NCBI GenBank assembly: GCA_963695195.1
Contig: CAVOGE010000007.1
Span: forward strand, 408,494-472,493
Reading direction: 5' to 3'
Origin: an uncultured Chloroflexia bacterium
GTDB lineage: Bacteria; Chloroflexota; Limnocylindria; QHBO01
DNA length: 64,000 bases
Part shown: piece after piece, positions 53,995-64,000 of the stretch
Layout: every line of letters begins with the position of its first letter
Position numbering within the stretch: the first letter of the stretch is position 1
Notes under the pieces: generated by a model
What the model saw: only the letters and a program-made list of their open reading frames with translations
Databases searched by the model: none
Told to the model about the DNA's origin: nothing
Position numbers and translations under genes: made by a program

Positions 53995-55722
53995 TCAGGC
54001 GGCGCTGGATGCCGTGAAGTCAGGATCGACCCAGATCTGGGAGCTGGACCGCACCTCGGCGATCCACCGCGTGAAGCCGGACTGGCGCACGCGTTCGATC
54101 TGCTGCTTCGGCACCCAGCGAAGGTCGGAACTGTCGACGAGTTTGAAGATCCAGAACCCGTTGCCAGTCTCGATGACGTCGCTGATCTGATTCGGCGTCG
54201 TCATCTCGAAGATGGCGTGGCTGCGGTCCTCCTCGAGCTGGTACGGGATCACCCACCCGAGTTCGCCGCCCTTGGCGGCGGTGCTGCTGTCCTCGCTCTG
54301 CTCCCTTGCCAGCTGGGCGAAGGCCTCAGGGTCGTCACGCAACTGTTCCACCAGCCTGTCCGCCTGGTCCTGCGCAGTCGTGCGCGTATCGGTGACCTGG
54401 ATGACGTGGTAGCCGAACTGCGTCTTCACCGGCTCGCTCACCTCACCGACTGTCAGGTCGGCGATGGCAGCCTCGAATTCGGCCACGAAGTTGCCGGAGG
54501 TCGGGTCATACCAGCCCAGGTCGCCCCCTTTCGATCGGCTCCCCGGGTCGTCACTGTCGGCGGCGATGACATACCAGTCGGCATCGGGCTCGAGTGCGTC
54601 GTCTCGGAAGCCGTTCGCGCGCGCCAGCGCGGCAGCCCATTGATCCTCGGTCGCCGCGCTCTGGTCATCGGCGCCGGGGATCGGCTGCGCCAGGTAGTGG
54701 CGCACGCGCTGCTTCGGAATCGGGACGCCCTGGTCGGCGGCGATGAAGATCTGGGACACGTTCCGCTGTGGCTGGTAGCGGACCATCACGACATTCTCGA
54801 AGTGCTCGCGGAACTTCTGGCGCAGCAGTTCGCTGCGCACGTAGGCGCGATACTCGGCCTCGGTCACCCCGGCTCCCGACAGCAGATCGATCAGCGGCTG
54901 GTCCGGTCCGGCAGGGCGGCGCTCGTCGAGTCGCAGGATGTGGTAGCCGGTGTCGTCCCTGGTCGGGCCGAGCAGGTCGCCGGCCGTGGCGTTCGCATCG
55001 GTTACTTCGGCGAAGTAGTCCGCATACTGGAAATCGGCCTCCTGGATCCAGCCGATGAGGCCATCAAACGCGGCGGCAGGGTCGTCGGACCTGTCGCGGG
55101 CGACGGTCGCGAAGTCGGCGCCGCCCTGGAGCTCGGCGAAGATGGCGCCCGCCTCCCCCTCGGCGCGCGCCCAGTCAGCATCGGTCGGCGTGTCGCCGGC
55201 CTGGGCGTCGTCCGGCAGCGCGTCCACGCTGACCACCGACAGCTTGATGCGCTCCTGCAGCGATCGCCGGCGTGTGATCTCGGCATCCAGCTCGGCGTCG
55301 GATATGGTCAGGCCGTACTTGCCGGCGGCGTGCTCCAGGGCATTGCCGAGCACGAGCGACTCTGTCGCCGTCCCGGCGAGAGCCTGCAGCTGATCCGTGA
55401 CGACGCTCAGCTGCTGGTTGATGATCGAGTCGCGCGTTCCGCCCAACTGGCCCTGCAGATCAAGGCCGGCGGCCTGGAGCTCCGATCCGATCGCGTCCAT
55501 CCGCTTGGTGAGGTCGTCGACGGTGTAGGCATCGCCGTTGGCATAGGCCACCTGGCGCAGGTGAGCGGCGTAGTGATCGTTCCAGACGGTCGCCCCGAAG
55601 ATGCCGACCGCGACCGCGATGGCTACCGCAAAGCCGCCGATGACCAGCTGCTGGCTGCGCAGCTCGTCCTGCCAGCGCGGACGGTGTTTTCGGTCGAGGA
55701 CCGGTCGGCTACGAAAGGACAT
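53995..55722 (-). CDS. membrane-anchored peptidyl-prolyl cis-trans isomerase (parvulin; SurA/PrsA-like)
   Basis: N-terminal TM, long chaperone-like region, and a parvulin core near the C-terminus (GGDLGWYDPTSGNFVAEFEAA...FGYHVIQV). Confidence 0.8.
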   Translation of the reverse strand: MSFRSRPVLDRKHRPRWQDELRSQQLVIGGFAVAIAVAVGIFGATVWNDHYAAHLRQVAYANGDAYTVDDLTKRMDAIGSELQAAGLDLQGQLGGTRDSIINQQLSVVTDQLQALAGTATESLVLGNALEHAAGKYGLTISDAELDAEITRRRSLQERIKLSVVSVDALPDDAQAGDTPTDADWARAEGEAGAIFAELQGGADFATVARDRSDDPAAAFDGLIGWIQEADFQYADYFAEVTDANATAGDLLGPTRDDTGYHILRLDERRPAGPDQPLIDLLSGAGVTEAEYRAYVRSELLRQKFREHFENVVMVRYQPQRNVSQIFIAADQGVPIPKQRVRHYLAQPIPGADDQSAATEDQWAAALARANGFRDDALEPDADWYVIAADSDDPGSRSKGGDLGWYDPTSGNFVAEFEAAIADLTVGEVSEPVKTQFGYHVIQVTDTRTTAQDQADRLVEQLRDDPEAFAQLAREQSEDSSTAAKGGELGWVIPYQLEEDRSHAIFEMTTPNQISDVIETGNGFWIFKLVDSSDLRWVPKQQIERVRQSGFTRWIAEVRSSSQIWVDPDFTASSAA

Positions 55723-55821
55723 GGGGGCAGCGCGTTCTCCGCAGGGCGGGAGAGGATGGCGTCAACATCGGGCGAGGCGCCATGCTAGCCGAAGAGGGCC
55801 ATTCCTGCCATCGCCGACGCC

Positions 55822-56598
55822 TCAATGGGAGCGGCGAACGGCGTCGCGCATCGCCTCCCAGCGCAGGCGGAGGACGAGCACCAGCGCCTCGCCGACGATC
55901 CCACCGCGCATCTTCGAGCGGCCGGCAACACGCTCCCGAAAGATGATGGGGACCTGGACGATCTTCGCGCCGCGACGGTGCGCCCACCAGGTCGTCTCGA
56001 CCTGGAAGCCATATCCACTCGCGCTCGACTCGCGCAGCCGAACTGCTTCCAGCACCTCTCGACGCCAGGCCTTGAAGCCGCCGGTCAGGTCGCGATATGG
56101 GAGGAGCAGCACCGTCCGCGCGAAGAGCGTGCCGGCCCGGCTGATCAGTTGGCGGTAGAGCGGCCAGCCGACCGTCCCACCGCCAGGCAGGTAGCGCGTG
56201 CCGAGCACCAGATCCGCATCGTTCATGAGCGGCGTCAGGAGGCGCGGCAGATCGGCAGGGTCGTGGCTGAAGTCGGCATCCATCTGCACCACCGCCCGCG
56301 TCCCGGGACGGTCGAGCGCCCAGCGGAATGCGTCGCGGTAGGCCACCGCCAGGCCTTCCTTGGCCGATCGGTGCAGAACCACGACGCGGGGTTCGTCAGC
56401 GGCCAGCGCATCGGCCAGCTCCCCGGTCCCGTCCGGCGAGCTGTCGTCCACCACCAGCACGCTCGCCTCTGGCAGGGCGGCCAGCACGGCGGTGACGAGT
56501 CCCTCCAGGTTCTCGCGCTCGTTGTAGGTGGGCACGACTACGACCACGCCGCTCCCCGCGGCAAGTCCGACGCGACGCTGCACGCCCTCCATGGTCAA
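55822..56598 (-). CDS. polyprenol-monophosphomannose synthase (GT2; Ppm1/DPM1-like)
   Basis: VVVPTYNERENL, VLVVDDSSPDGT and VQMDADFSHDP are GT2 DXD-region signatures of dolichyl/polyprenyl-phosphate mannosyltransferases. Confidence 0.8.
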   Translation of the reverse strand: MTMEGVQRRVGLAAGSGVVVVVPTYNERENLEGLVTAVLAALPEASVLVVDDSSPDGTGELADALAADEPRVVVLHRSAKEGLAVAYRDAFRWALDRPGTRAVVQMDADFSHDPADLPRLLTPLMNDADLVLGTRYLPGGGTVGWPLYRQLISRAGTLFARTVLLLPYRDLTGGFKAWRREVLEAVRLRESSASGYGFQVETTWWAHRRGAKIVQVPIIFRERVAGRSKMRGGIVGEALVLVLRLRWEAMRDAVRRSH

Positions 56599-57869
56599 CG
56601 GCCGATGCCGAGGTAAGCCACGCCGGCAGCCTCGACGCTGGTACGGTCCAGCGCGTTACGGCCGTCGATCAGCAGCTCCAGCTCCGGGATCTCCCGCAGG
56701 TCGATCGACCGGTAGGCGTCGTGGCCGGCCTGCACGATGGCGCCGCGCACCGGCACTGGCGCGCCCAGATCGTACGGCTCGAACCCGAGTGAGCGGATGT
56801 GCTCGTCCGAGAAGTACGGGTCGTGCCCGTAGACGATCGCCCCGGCGGCTCGCAGCTCGTCACGGATCTTGAAGGCCGAGCTGAAGGCATCCTCGCGAAC
56901 GTCAGCGCGATACGCGATGCCCAGCACCAGCACGCCGGTACCGTCGAGGGCGCCGATCCGATCACGAAGCTGGTCGACCGCCCAGCCTCCCATCTCCTCG
57001 TTGATCTGGCGCGCCAGGGGCGGGAGACGAAGGTCGGGCTCGTCGTTGAACAGGAAGTGGGGGTAGACCGGGATGCAGTGGCCGCCCACACCGACCCCGG
57101 GGGCGTGAATGTGGCTGAACGGCTGCGAGTTGGCGGCCGCGATCACCTCGGTGACGTCGATGCCGCGCCTCGCCGCATAGCGGGCGTACTCGTTGGCGAG
57201 CGCAATGTTCACGTCGCGGTAGGTCGTCTCGGCGAGCTTGGTCATCTCCGCGGTCTCGGCATTCGAGACGGCACGAACCTCGGTCCCCTCTGCCAGGGCG
57301 GACCGATAGAACTCGACTGCACGGCGCGTGCCTTCCGGACTCGTGCCGCCCACGATCTTCGGGTAGCGCTGGAGGTCCAGCAGGACCCGACCGACCAGGA
57401 CGCGTTCGGGCGAGAAGGCGAGGTGAAAATCGCGGTCGAGGTTGAGGCCGCTGCCGGCCTCGAGCATTGGGCCGAAGCGATCGCGGGTGGTGCCGACCGG
57501 CAGCGTCGTCTCGTAGATCACGATCGTCCCCGGCTGCAGGCCGGCCGCAATCTCGCGCGTGGCTGCGTCGATCGGCCCGAAGTCGATCTGGCGACGCTCG
57601 TCCACCACAACCGGGACGATGACGACCACGACGTCCGCCTCCCGCACACCCGCAGCGTCATCCGTCGTCGCACGCAGGCGGCCGGCGGCCACGAGCCCGG
57701 GCACCTGTGTCGTCAGTGCGGGCTCATCGTCGTGCGGAGACTCACCGCGGTTGATCGCATCGACGATCCACGCGGCCACGTCACAGCCGATCACGTCGTG
57801 GCCGCGGCCGGCGTACTGGACGGCGAGCGGAAGGCCGATATGGCCGAGCCCGACGACCGCGACCTTCAC
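56595..57869 (-). CDS. UDP-N-acetyl-D-hexosamine 6-dehydrogenase (UDP-glucose/GDP-mannose dehydrogenase family; WbpA/WecC-like)
   Basis: MKVAVVGLGHIGLPLA Rossmann motif and a GGHCIPVYP catalytic Cys region. 424 aa. Confidence 0.9.
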   Translation of the reverse strand: MKVAVVGLGHIGLPLAVQYAGRGHDVIGCDVAAWIVDAINRGESPHDDEPALTTQVPGLVAAGRLRATTDDAAGVREADVVVVIVPVVVDERRQIDFGPIDAATREIAAGLQPGTIVIYETTLPVGTTRDRFGPMLEAGSGLNLDRDFHLAFSPERVLVGRVLLDLQRYPKIVGGTSPEGTRRAVEFYRSALAEGTEVRAVSNAETAEMTKLAETTYRDVNIALANEYARYAARRGIDVTEVIAAANSQPFSHIHAPGVGVGGHCIPVYPHFLFNDEPDLRLPPLARQINEEMGGWAVDQLRDRIGALDGTGVLVLGIAYRADVREDAFSSAFKIRDELRAAGAIVYGHDPYFSDEHIRSLGFEPYDLGAPVPVRGAIVQAGHDAYRSIDLREIPELELLIDGRNALDRTSVEAAGVAYLGIGR

Positions 57870-58912
57870 GCCAGCACCTCCCGCAGCTCGTCGCCGGCAA
57901 CGACACGCCCATCGCGGGCGGAATCGACCATCGCTCGCGCCAGCAGGAGGGCGACCATCGCCTCGTGCGGGTCGACCGGCGGCGGCCCGTCCTCGCGCAC
58001 CGCGCGCGCGAACTCGGACAGCTCCACCACCAGCGGCTCCTGGCGGCGAATCACTCGACGCGTCATCTCGCCCTCCGCGACCGATGCCACGCCTGCCGCC
58101 CCTCCGTTCCCGCTGAGCCGCCGCGCATCTGGATTCGGATAGAAGACCAGATCCTGGGCGAGATAGTCGGCGACGTACATGCCGCGCTCGCCGGTGACGC
58201 TCAGGGTGCGGACCTTGGTCGGCGTGAGCCAGTTGATATCGAGCACGCCGACCGCGCCATTCGCAAATTTCATGAGCCCCACGAAGAGGTCCTCGTGATC
58301 GGTGTGGATGCGCTGCTCGGTCTCGGCATAGAGGCGGACCGGGTCCGAGCCGAGCAGGAATCGCATCACATCGAGATCATGCGGCGCCAGGTCCACCACC
58401 ACGCCGACGTCGCGGATGCGAGCGGGGAAGGGGCCGAGCCGCGTGGCGCGGATCTCAAAGATGCGCCCGAGCTCACCTGCCGCCAACCGCCGTCGCAGTT
58501 CCAGGATCGCCGGGTTGAAACGCTCGATGTGCCCGACGGTCAGCATCCGGCCAGCGCGCCTGGCAGCATCCATCATCTGCTCGGCCTCTGCGCGGCTGGC
58601 GGCGATCGGCTTCTCGACGAGAACGTGGGTGCCGGCTCCCAGCGCCGCGAGCGCAATCGGCAGGTGGAGCGAGGTCGGAGCCACGATGCTCAGCAGGTCG
58701 AGCGACGTGGAGGCAAGCATCTCCTCGGCCGAGGCGTAGCCCTCCGCCGCGCGGCCCTGGGTCGCTCGACGGACTGCCTCCGGCTCAGGATCGGCGACGG
58801 CGACCAGCTCGACCCCGTCGACCGCCTCGTCCCACACGCGCACGTGGTTGCGACCCATCATGCCAAGGCCGACCACGCCGGCCCGCAACGCTCGCGAGCC
58901 AGAGCCGCTCAT
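57866..58912 (-). CDS. Gfo/Idh/MocA family oxidoreductase (WbpB-like UDP-GlcNAcA 3-dehydrogenase)
   Basis: RAGVVGLGMMGRNHVR N-terminal Rossmann motif and an EKP motif (VLVEKPIA). Start at the Met giving [21 protein letters not shown] coupling on both sides. Confidence 0.85.
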   Translation of the reverse strand: MSGSGSRALRAGVVGLGMMGRNHVRVWDEAVDGVELVAVADPEPEAVRRATQGRAAEGYASAEEMLASTSLDLLSIVAPTSLHLPIALAALGAGTHVLVEKPIAASRAEAEQMMDAARRAGRMLTVGHIERFNPAILELRRRLAAGELGRIFEIRATRLGPFPARIRDVGVVVDLAPHDLDVMRFLLGSDPVRLYAETEQRIHTDHEDLFVGLMKFANGAVGVLDINWLTPTKVRTLSVTGERGMYVADYLAQDLVFYPNPDARRLSGNGGAAGVASVAEGEMTRRVIRRQEPLVVELSEFARAVREDGPPPVDPHEAMVALLLARAMVDSARDGRVVAGDELREVLA

Positions 58913-61152
58913 GCCTTGGCCCCGTCGATGGGACCGAGCTTGGCCGCGACCTCGTTGACCGCGGCGATCACCGTCTGCGCCTCCGCATCGGAAAGGGAGG
59001 GATGAACCGGAATCGACACGACCTGGTCGGTCAGCCGCTCGGCCACCGGGTAGTGCTGCTCGCCGTAGCCCAGCGCCACGAACGGCTTCTGATGATGGAC
59101 CGGGATCGGGTAGTAGATGCCTGTCCCGACGCCGCGCTCGCGGAGTTGCTCGACGAACTCGTCTCGGCGGTTCACCCGAATCGTGTACTGATGGTAGACG
59201 TGCGTGACCCCGGGCTTCACCCACGGGGTGATCACGCCGCGCAGTTCGGCGTCGTAGCGCGCGGCGATCGCGCGGCGACGCTCGTTGTAGCCGGCCAGCT
59301 TGGGTAGCTGGCCGAGCCCGATGGAGGCGTGGATATCGGTCATGCGGAAGTTGTAGCCGACCGTGTCATGGTGGTAGCGCACCTTCATCCCGTGTTCGCG
59401 CAGGAGCCGCGCGCGATCCGCCACGTCGCCGTCCGCCGTGGTCAGCATGCCCCCCTCGCCGGTGGTCATGTTCTTGGTCGGGTAGAACGAGAAGCATCCC
59501 GCTCCCCAGGTACCCGAGCGGCGATCCGCGATGGCGGCACCGTGGCTCTGGCACGCGTCCTCCACCACCGCCAGGCCGTGGCGGTCGGCGATGGCGGCGA
59601 TGGCCGTCATGTCGGCCGGCTGCCCATACAGGCTGATCGGCATGATCGCCCTGGTGCGCGGCGTGATGGCGGCCTCGACAAGGGCCGGATCGATGTTGAA
59701 GGTCGTCTCCTGCACGTCGACGAAGACCGGAGTCGCGCCGGTGTAGAGGATGCTGTTGGCGCTGGCGATGAAGGTGAACGGGACGGTCACGACCTCGTCG
59801 CCGGGACCGATGCCGTAGCCCAGCAGGGCGAGGTGCAGCGCGGTCGTGCCCGAACTGGTGGCTACCGCGTGCGGGGTCCCGATGAACTCGGCAAAGCGCT
59901 CCTCGAGCTCGCGGACGCGCGCGCCCTGGGCGAGCGCGCCGGAACTGAGCGCGCTCCAGACCAGGTCCTTCTCCTCGTCGCCCATCTGCGGGCGTGCGAT
60001 CGGGATCACGATGTGGATGCCTCCGTTGGGTGCGACGGGATGCCGACCGGCAGCCGAGCCTCGCGTCGGTGGTGATGTCGTTCGAGAGCTGACACGATAC
60101 GGTCCCGCGGCGTTGCCGTCGCCGAACAGGTCAGGACGTGCCCGCCCGCGATCCATGGCGAGCGCGTCGGCCAGGACCTCCCGCAGCCCGGCCGGATCGT
60201 TACCGATCACGCGATTCCAGCCAGCGGCCACCGTCTCGGGCCACTCGGTCTCGGTGCGCAGGGTGAGGCATGGGACGCCGGCCAGGTACGCCTCCTTCTG
60301 CACGCCGCCGGAGTCGGTGAGGATCGCCGATGCGGAGCGCTCCAGGGCAACCATCTCGAGGTAGCCGACCGGCGGCACCGCGACGATGCCGACCCCCAGT
60401 GCCAGGCCAGCGCGCTCCATGCTCGCGCTCGTCCGGGGGTGCATCGGGAAGAGCACCGACCGGTCGCCCGCCGCCGCCGCGATGCTGTCCAGCCAGGCTG
60501 CGAGACGCTCGGGATCGTCCACGTTCTCGGCGCGGTGGAGCGTCAGCAGCAGGTAGCCGGGTCGGTCACGTGCGGCGGAAGGCACCTGGTCACCTGACCG
60601 GCTCTCGGCCCAGCGATAGGCGTCGACCATCACGTCACCGACGTATTCGGAGCGCGCGGCGAGGCCCTCGACGGCGAGGTGTGCCATCGCCGTCTGGGTC
60701 GGAGCCAGGAGCAGGTCGGCAAGGTGGTCGGCGACGACGCGGTTTCGCTCCTCGGGCATCTCCCGGTTGAATGAGCGGAGCCCCGCCTCGACGTGGGCGA
60801 GCCACGGCCGGGATCCGTCGGGGTACGCGATCTTGGATGCGGCAACCGCGGCGGCCAGCGTCGAGTTCGTGTCGCCGTAGACCAGGACGCCATCGGGGCG
60901 GTGCTCGCCGATGATCGGCTCCAGGCGGCGCAGCATCTCGGCGGTCTGGGCCCCGTGCGACCCGCTGCCGACCTCAAGGTTGACGTCGGGCTCAGGCATC
61001 TCCAGGTCACGGAAGAAGGCCGCGCTCATGGCGTCGTCGTAATGCTGTCCGGTGTGCACCAGCAGCTCGTCGTGCGAGCGCCGCAGCGCGCGACTCAGCG
61101 GCGCCGCCTTGATGAACTGCGGCCGCGCGCCCACGACCGTCAGGACCCTCAT
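58909..61152 (-). CDS. bifunctional fusion: UDP-GlcNAc 2-epimerase-family domain (WbpI-like) + DegT/DnrJ/EryC1/StrS sugar aminotransferase domain (WbpE-like)
   Basis: One stop-free frame. The N-domain runs from [19 protein letters not shown] to [10 protein letters not shown] (Epimerase_2). A ~25-aa Ser/Pro linker follows. The C-domain starts [15 protein letters not shown] and contains the PLP-lysine region ([15 protein letters not shown]). The upstream 200 codons of ORF 58909..61776 are junk. Confidence 0.75.
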   Translation of the reverse strand: MRVLTVVGARPQFIKAAPLSRALRRSHDELLVHTGQHYDDAMSAAFFRDLEMPEPDVNLEVGSGSHGAQTAEMLRRLEPIIGEHRPDGVLVYGDTNSTLAAAVAASKIAYPDGSRPWLAHVEAGLRSFNREMPEERNRVVADHLADLLLAPTQTAMAHLAVEGLAARSEYVGDVMVDAYRWAESRSGDQVPSAARDRPGYLLLTLHRAENVDDPERLAAWLDSIAAAAGDRSVLFPMHPRTSASMERAGLALGVGIVAVPPVGYLEMVALERSASAILTDSGGVQKEAYLAGVPCLTLRTETEWPETVAAGWNRVIGNDPAGLREVLADALAMDRGRARPDLFGDGNAAGPYRVSSRTTSPPTRGSAAGRHPVAPNGGIHIVIPIARPQMGDEEKDLVWSALSSGALAQGARVRELEERFAEFIGTPHAVATSSGTTALHLALLGYGIGPGDEVVTVPFTFIASANSILYTGATPVFVDVQETTFNIDPALVEAAITPRTRAIMPISLYGQPADMTAIAAIADRHGLAVVEDACQSHGAAIADRRSGTWGAGCFSFYPTKNMTTGEGGMLTTADGDVADRARLLREHGMKVRYHHDTVGYNFRMTDIHASIGLGQLPKLAGYNERRRAIAARYDAELRGVITPWVKPGVTHVYHQYTIRVNRRDEFVEQLRERGVGTGIYYPIPVHHQKPFVALGYGEQHYPVAERLTDQVVSIPVHPSLSDAEAQTVIAAVNEVAAKLGPIDGAKA

Positions 61153-61754
61153 CCCCCGGCCTCGCCGGCGCGCGGAGGGAAGTGCGTCCCGCAGCGGGGG
61201 CATGGGCCATGGAAAGCCGCGCCGTCCTCTCCATCGCGCAGCGGCTGACCGCACGGGCAGGCGCTCCCGACTCGGCGTGCAGGATTGCCGACGGCCAGCT
61301 CGTAGTCGGCCAGGTCGCGCGTCACCACGCTGCCGGAGCCGACCATCGCCCAGCGCCCGATCGTCACGCCCGGCAGGATGGTGCTGTTGGCGCCCAGGGC
61401 CGCCCCGGCTCGGACCAGGGTGGGGCTCACCTCCCAGTCGGCATCGGTCTTGAGGGTGCCGTCCGGGTTGACCGCGCGCGGCACCTTGTCGTTGGTGAAG
61501 CAGACGTGCGGACCGATGAAGACACCATCCTCCACGGTCACCCCTGCGTAGGCGCTCACGTTGTTCTGGATCTTCACCCGGTCGCCTATGACCACGCCGG
61601 CGTCGACGTAGACGTTCTTGCCGATGACGCAGTCCGACCCGATCTGCGCGCCCTCGCGTACCTGTGCGCCATGCCAGATGCTCGTGCCGCTGCCGATCGA
61701 GGCGGTGTCTGCCACGTCGGCGCTCGGGTGGATGCGCGCAGGACGGTTGTTCAT
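61149..61754 (-). CDS. hexapeptide-repeat N-acetyltransferase (WbpD-like UDP-3-amino-sugar N-acetyltransferase)
   Basis: [43 protein letters not shown] is left-handed beta-helix. ATGA overlap with the fusion gene. Confidence 0.8.
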   Translation of the reverse strand: MNNRPARIHPSADVADTASIGSGTSIWHGAQVREGAQIGSDCVIGKNVYVDAGVVIGDRVKIQNNVSAYAGVTVEDGVFIGPHVCFTNDKVPRAVNPDGTLKTDADWEVSPTLVRAGAALGANSTILPGVTIGRWAMVGSGSVVTRDLADYELAVGNPARRVGSACPCGQPLRDGEDGAAFHGPCPRCGTHFPPRAGEAGG

Positions 61755-61785
61755 GCGTGCTCCATTGGGGCGGCAATTGTATCCA

Positions 61786-62415
61786 TCAGCCGTGGTCCCC
61801 GGCCACGCCAGGATCATCAAGGAGCTGTCGGAGGCGCGGAAGCGCATCTGCCACTGCGCGGCCGCGATGCGAGATCGCATCCTTCTCCACCTCCGGCAAC
61901 TCGGCCGTGGTGACGCCGCTCGGGAGCAGGAAGATCGGGTCGTAGCCAAAGCCGGCCCGGCCTCGCCGTTCGGTCGCCAATGTCCCCTCGACCACGCCGC
62001 TGAAGAGCTCGACTCGAGGGTCGCGCGGCGTCCCATCCGGGCCTGAACCGGGGACAGCCAGCGCAAGCCAGCAGACCATGCGCGCGCGGCGGTCCACGGC
62101 TCCCGTGACCGCCTCCAACAGCTGGTCCGGGTCACCACCTACTCGGCCGAACCGGGCGCTCCTCACCCCGGGACCCCAGGCGAGCGCCGCCACCTCGATC
62201 CCCGAGTCATCCGCGAGTGCGGGAAGGCCCGATCCGCGAGCGTAGGCAACCGCCTTGGCCGCTGCATTCTCGGCGTAGCTGTCGTGCGGTTCCGGGACGT
62301 CAAGGTGGAGGCCCAGCTGCTGCGGGGTCACGATGCTCCCGGAGATCTCGCCGAGGAGTCGAGCGAACTCGCGCTGCTTGCCGACATTGGTGGTGGCCAG
62401 CAGGAGCCTGCTCAC
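61786..62415 (-). CDS. rdgB: non-canonical purine NTP pyrophosphatase (RdgB/HAM1)
   Basis: [14 protein letters not shown] and FGYDPIF...[16 protein letters not shown] motifs. GTGA overlap with rph. Confidence 0.85.
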   Translation of the reverse strand: MSRLLLATTNVGKQREFARLLGEISGSIVTPQQLGLHLDVPEPHDSYAENAAAKAVAYARGSGLPALADDSGIEVAALAWGPGVRSARFGRVGGDPDQLLEAVTGAVDRRARMVCWLALAVPGSGPDGTPRDPRVELFSGVVEGTLATERRGRAGFGYDPIFLLPSGVTTAELPEVEKDAISHRGRAVADALPRLRQLLDDPGVAGDHG

Positions 62416-63146
62416 TCGGACGCGGGAGCCTCGATGGCCGCCTGCTGGAGTGCGAAGAGCTGGCGGATCCCGCCACCCGCGAGGTCGAGGAGCTGGTTCA
62501 TATGCTCGCGGCTGAAGGAGTGCTGCTCCCCGGTCCCCTGCACTTCGATGAATCGGTCGTCGTCGGTCATGACGACGTTGAAATCCACCTCGGCGGTCGA
62601 GTCCTCTGCGTAGTCGAGGTCGAGCAGCAACTGTCCGCCGGAGATCCCCACGCTGACCGCCGCGACCTTGCCGACCAGCAGGTGCCCCATCCCGAACTTG
62701 GTGAGCGCGCGTGCCAGGGCGACGTATGCGCCGGTGATGCTCGCCGTGCGCGTTCCGCCGTCCGCCTGGATCACGTCGCAGTCGAGGGTGATGGTCCGCT
62801 CGCCGAGGCGCGGCAGGTCGATGCACGCGCGCAGCGATCGTCCGATCAGTCGCTGGATCTCGTGGGTTCGACCCCCGATCCGCCCGGTCTGGGCCTCGCG
62901 CTGGCTCCGCTCGGTCCCCGCCCGCGGCAGCATGCTGTACTCAGCAGTGATCCAGCCCTTGCCCTTGCCGCGCATCCAGCCCGGAACGCGATCCTCGATG
63001 GTGGCGGCACAGATGACGCGCGTGTCGCCCACTCGGATGAGGACCGATCCCTCGGCGAACTTGAGGTAGTCGGGCACGATCTTGACCGGGCGCAGCTGGT
63101 TGACAGCGCGCCCCTCGGCACGACGCGATGCGGCGATGGAGGTCAT
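62412..63146 (-). CDS. rph: ribonuclease PH
   Basis: Highly conserved across the full length ([19 protein letters not shown]...[18 protein letters not shown]...). Confidence 0.95.
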   Translation of the reverse strand: MTSIAASRRAEGRAVNQLRPVKIVPDYLKFAEGSVLIRVGDTRVICAATIEDRVPGWMRGKGKGWITAEYSMLPRAGTERSQREAQTGRIGGRTHEIQRLIGRSLRACIDLPRLGERTITLDCDVIQADGGTRTASITGAYVALARALTKFGMGHLLVGKVAAVSVGISGGQLLLDLDYAEDSTAEVDFNVVMTDDDRFIEVQGTGEQHSFSREHMNQLLDLAGGGIRQLFALQQAAIEAPASE

Positions 63147-63225
63147 GACGCCGATTCTACGCGCCGCGCCCCCCGGTGCGGTTCGCCGCGAGGGGCCGGG
63201 GATGCGCTACCGTCAGGCCCGAGCC

Positions 63226-64000
63226 ATGCGTCCCCTTCGCCTGCTGGTCATCAGCGCCCGCTATCCGACATCCGACCGCCCCGCGGCCGGGGCGTTCGTG
63301 CGCGACCGCCTGGCCGATCCTGCGATCACCACCACGGTGATCGCGCCACGCGACTATGCGCACGCGGGTTGGCGCCGCTACCTGTCCATGACCTGGGCAG
63401 CGCTGGCGCGGCGCGGCCGCTATGACGGTGTCGAGGGACACTTCGTGGTGCCCGCCGGCGCGGTGGCCTTGCTGGCGGCCCGGGTCCGTCGCCTTCCGCT
63501 GGTGGTCTTCGCGCACGGCAGCGACGTGCGCGAGATCGCCCACCGCGGCCGGGCAATGCGGTGGCTGGCACGCCGGGTGATCCGCGGTGCCGACGCGATC
63601 GTTGCCAACTCGGAGGACACGGCTGCGCTGGTACGTGCACTCGGTGGCGACCCGATCGTCATCGCGCCGGGCGTCGACCGGGCGCGCTTCCACGTGCTGC
63701 CGCGTCCAGCCACGCGGCGGGTTCTCTACCTGGGCGGCGACCTCTCGTCCAAGGGCATCGAAACGGCCCGCGCACTGGCCGACACCCTGCTCGGACCGGG
63801 AATTCGCGAGGTCGATCCGGCGGAGGTGCCGGAGCTGATGGCGTCACACGACGTGGTGCTGGTCCCATCCCAGGCGGAGGGGTTCGGCCTCGTTGCCGCC
63901 GAGGCGATCGCCGCGGGCCGCTGGGTGGTGGCCAGCGACACCGGCGGGCTGCGTGACGTGGTGCGTGACGGAGTCAGCGGAACGCTGGTGCGCGACGGCG
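63226..64000 (+). CDS. glycosyltransferase family 4, 3' end beyond window
   Basis: MRPLRLLVISARYP start. SQAEGFGLVAAEAIAAGRWVVASDTGGLRD (EX7E region). No stop before the window end, so it is absent from the ORF track. Confidence 0.7.
   Translation, partial: MRPLRLLVISARYPTSDRPAAGAFVRDRLADPAITTTVIAPRDYAHAGWRRYLSMTWAALARRGRYDGVEGHFVVPAGAVALLAARVRRLPLVVFAHGSDVREIAHRGRAMRWLARRVIRGADAIVANSEDTAALVRALGGDPIVIAPGVDRARFHVLPRPATRRVLYLGGDLSSKGIETARALADTLLGPGIREVDPAEVPELMASHDVVLVPSQAEGFGLVAAEAIAAGRWVVASDTGGLRDVVRDGVSGTLVRDG

Noticed and set aside
58909-61776. 955-aa ORF as annotated by the track
   Set aside because: The first ~208 codons (61153-61776) are Arg/Gly/Pro-rich. They overlap the conserved LbH acetyltransferase gene in another frame. 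The true start is the ATG at 61152, which is ATGA-coupled.

Overview
High-GC (~70%) bacterial chromosome segment. F420-type and PucR/GlnA-type genes point to an actinobacterial or Chloroflexi-like monoderm lineage. About 60 genes are supportable. The ORF track is dominated by Arg/Pro/Gly-rich shadow frames, so real genes were picked on conserved-family motifs, start-codon context and overlap coupling.

The window has four parts:
- 1-11.4 kb holds housekeeping and redox genes: an F420-dependent nitroreductase-family protein, a PEP-mutase/isocitrate-lyase family protein, a DHFR-family protein, tRNA-Pro(CGG), a GT-C mannosyltransferase, a cupredoxin, an FAD monooxygenase and serA.
- 11.4-37.9 kb and 41.8-52.8 kb form a large cell-envelope glycopolymer region.
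- Between them sit glnA, a PucR-type regulator and a PLP Cys/Met enzyme.
- 52.8-64 kb holds mazG, a parvulin PPIase, a polyprenyl-P-mannose synthase, a complete UDP-2,3-diacetamido-uronic-acid pathway (WbpA/B/E/D/I-like, with the 2-epimerase and aminotransferase fused in one ORF), rdgB, rph and a partial GT4.

The glycopolymer region contains:
- four SLH-like-domain proteins: two paralogous single-SLH proteins, a PQQ sugar dehydrogenase with three SLH repeats, and a beta-helix lyase-like protein with three SLH repeats;
- a canonical SLH-ligand synthesis module: wecB, a CsaA-like flippase and the CsaB pyruvyl transferase;
- two GT-C mannosyltransferases;
- two priming sugar transferases, two Wzx flippases and two Wzy/O-antigen-ligase-like proteins;
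- about eight GT4 glycosyltransferases;
- two LCP ligases, a PIG-L deacetylase, LbH acetyltransferases and NDP-sugar epimerases.

The most notable feature is this dense, apparently complete S-layer/SLH anchoring and secondary-cell-wall-polymer (SCWP) pyruvylation system, with SLH-tethered enzymes, in a high-GC lineage.

Non-coding features:
- a second tRNA-Pro(UGG);
- a 97-bp tandem duplication of a nested palindrome at the serA 3' end;
- a 22-bp perfect inverted-repeat pair plus two GTTATCCACA boxes upstream of the cupredoxin gene;
- a conserved 73-bp bipartite motif duplicated on both sides of an XRE regulator gene inside the glycan cluster.

No transposase, integrase or CRISPR array is evident.
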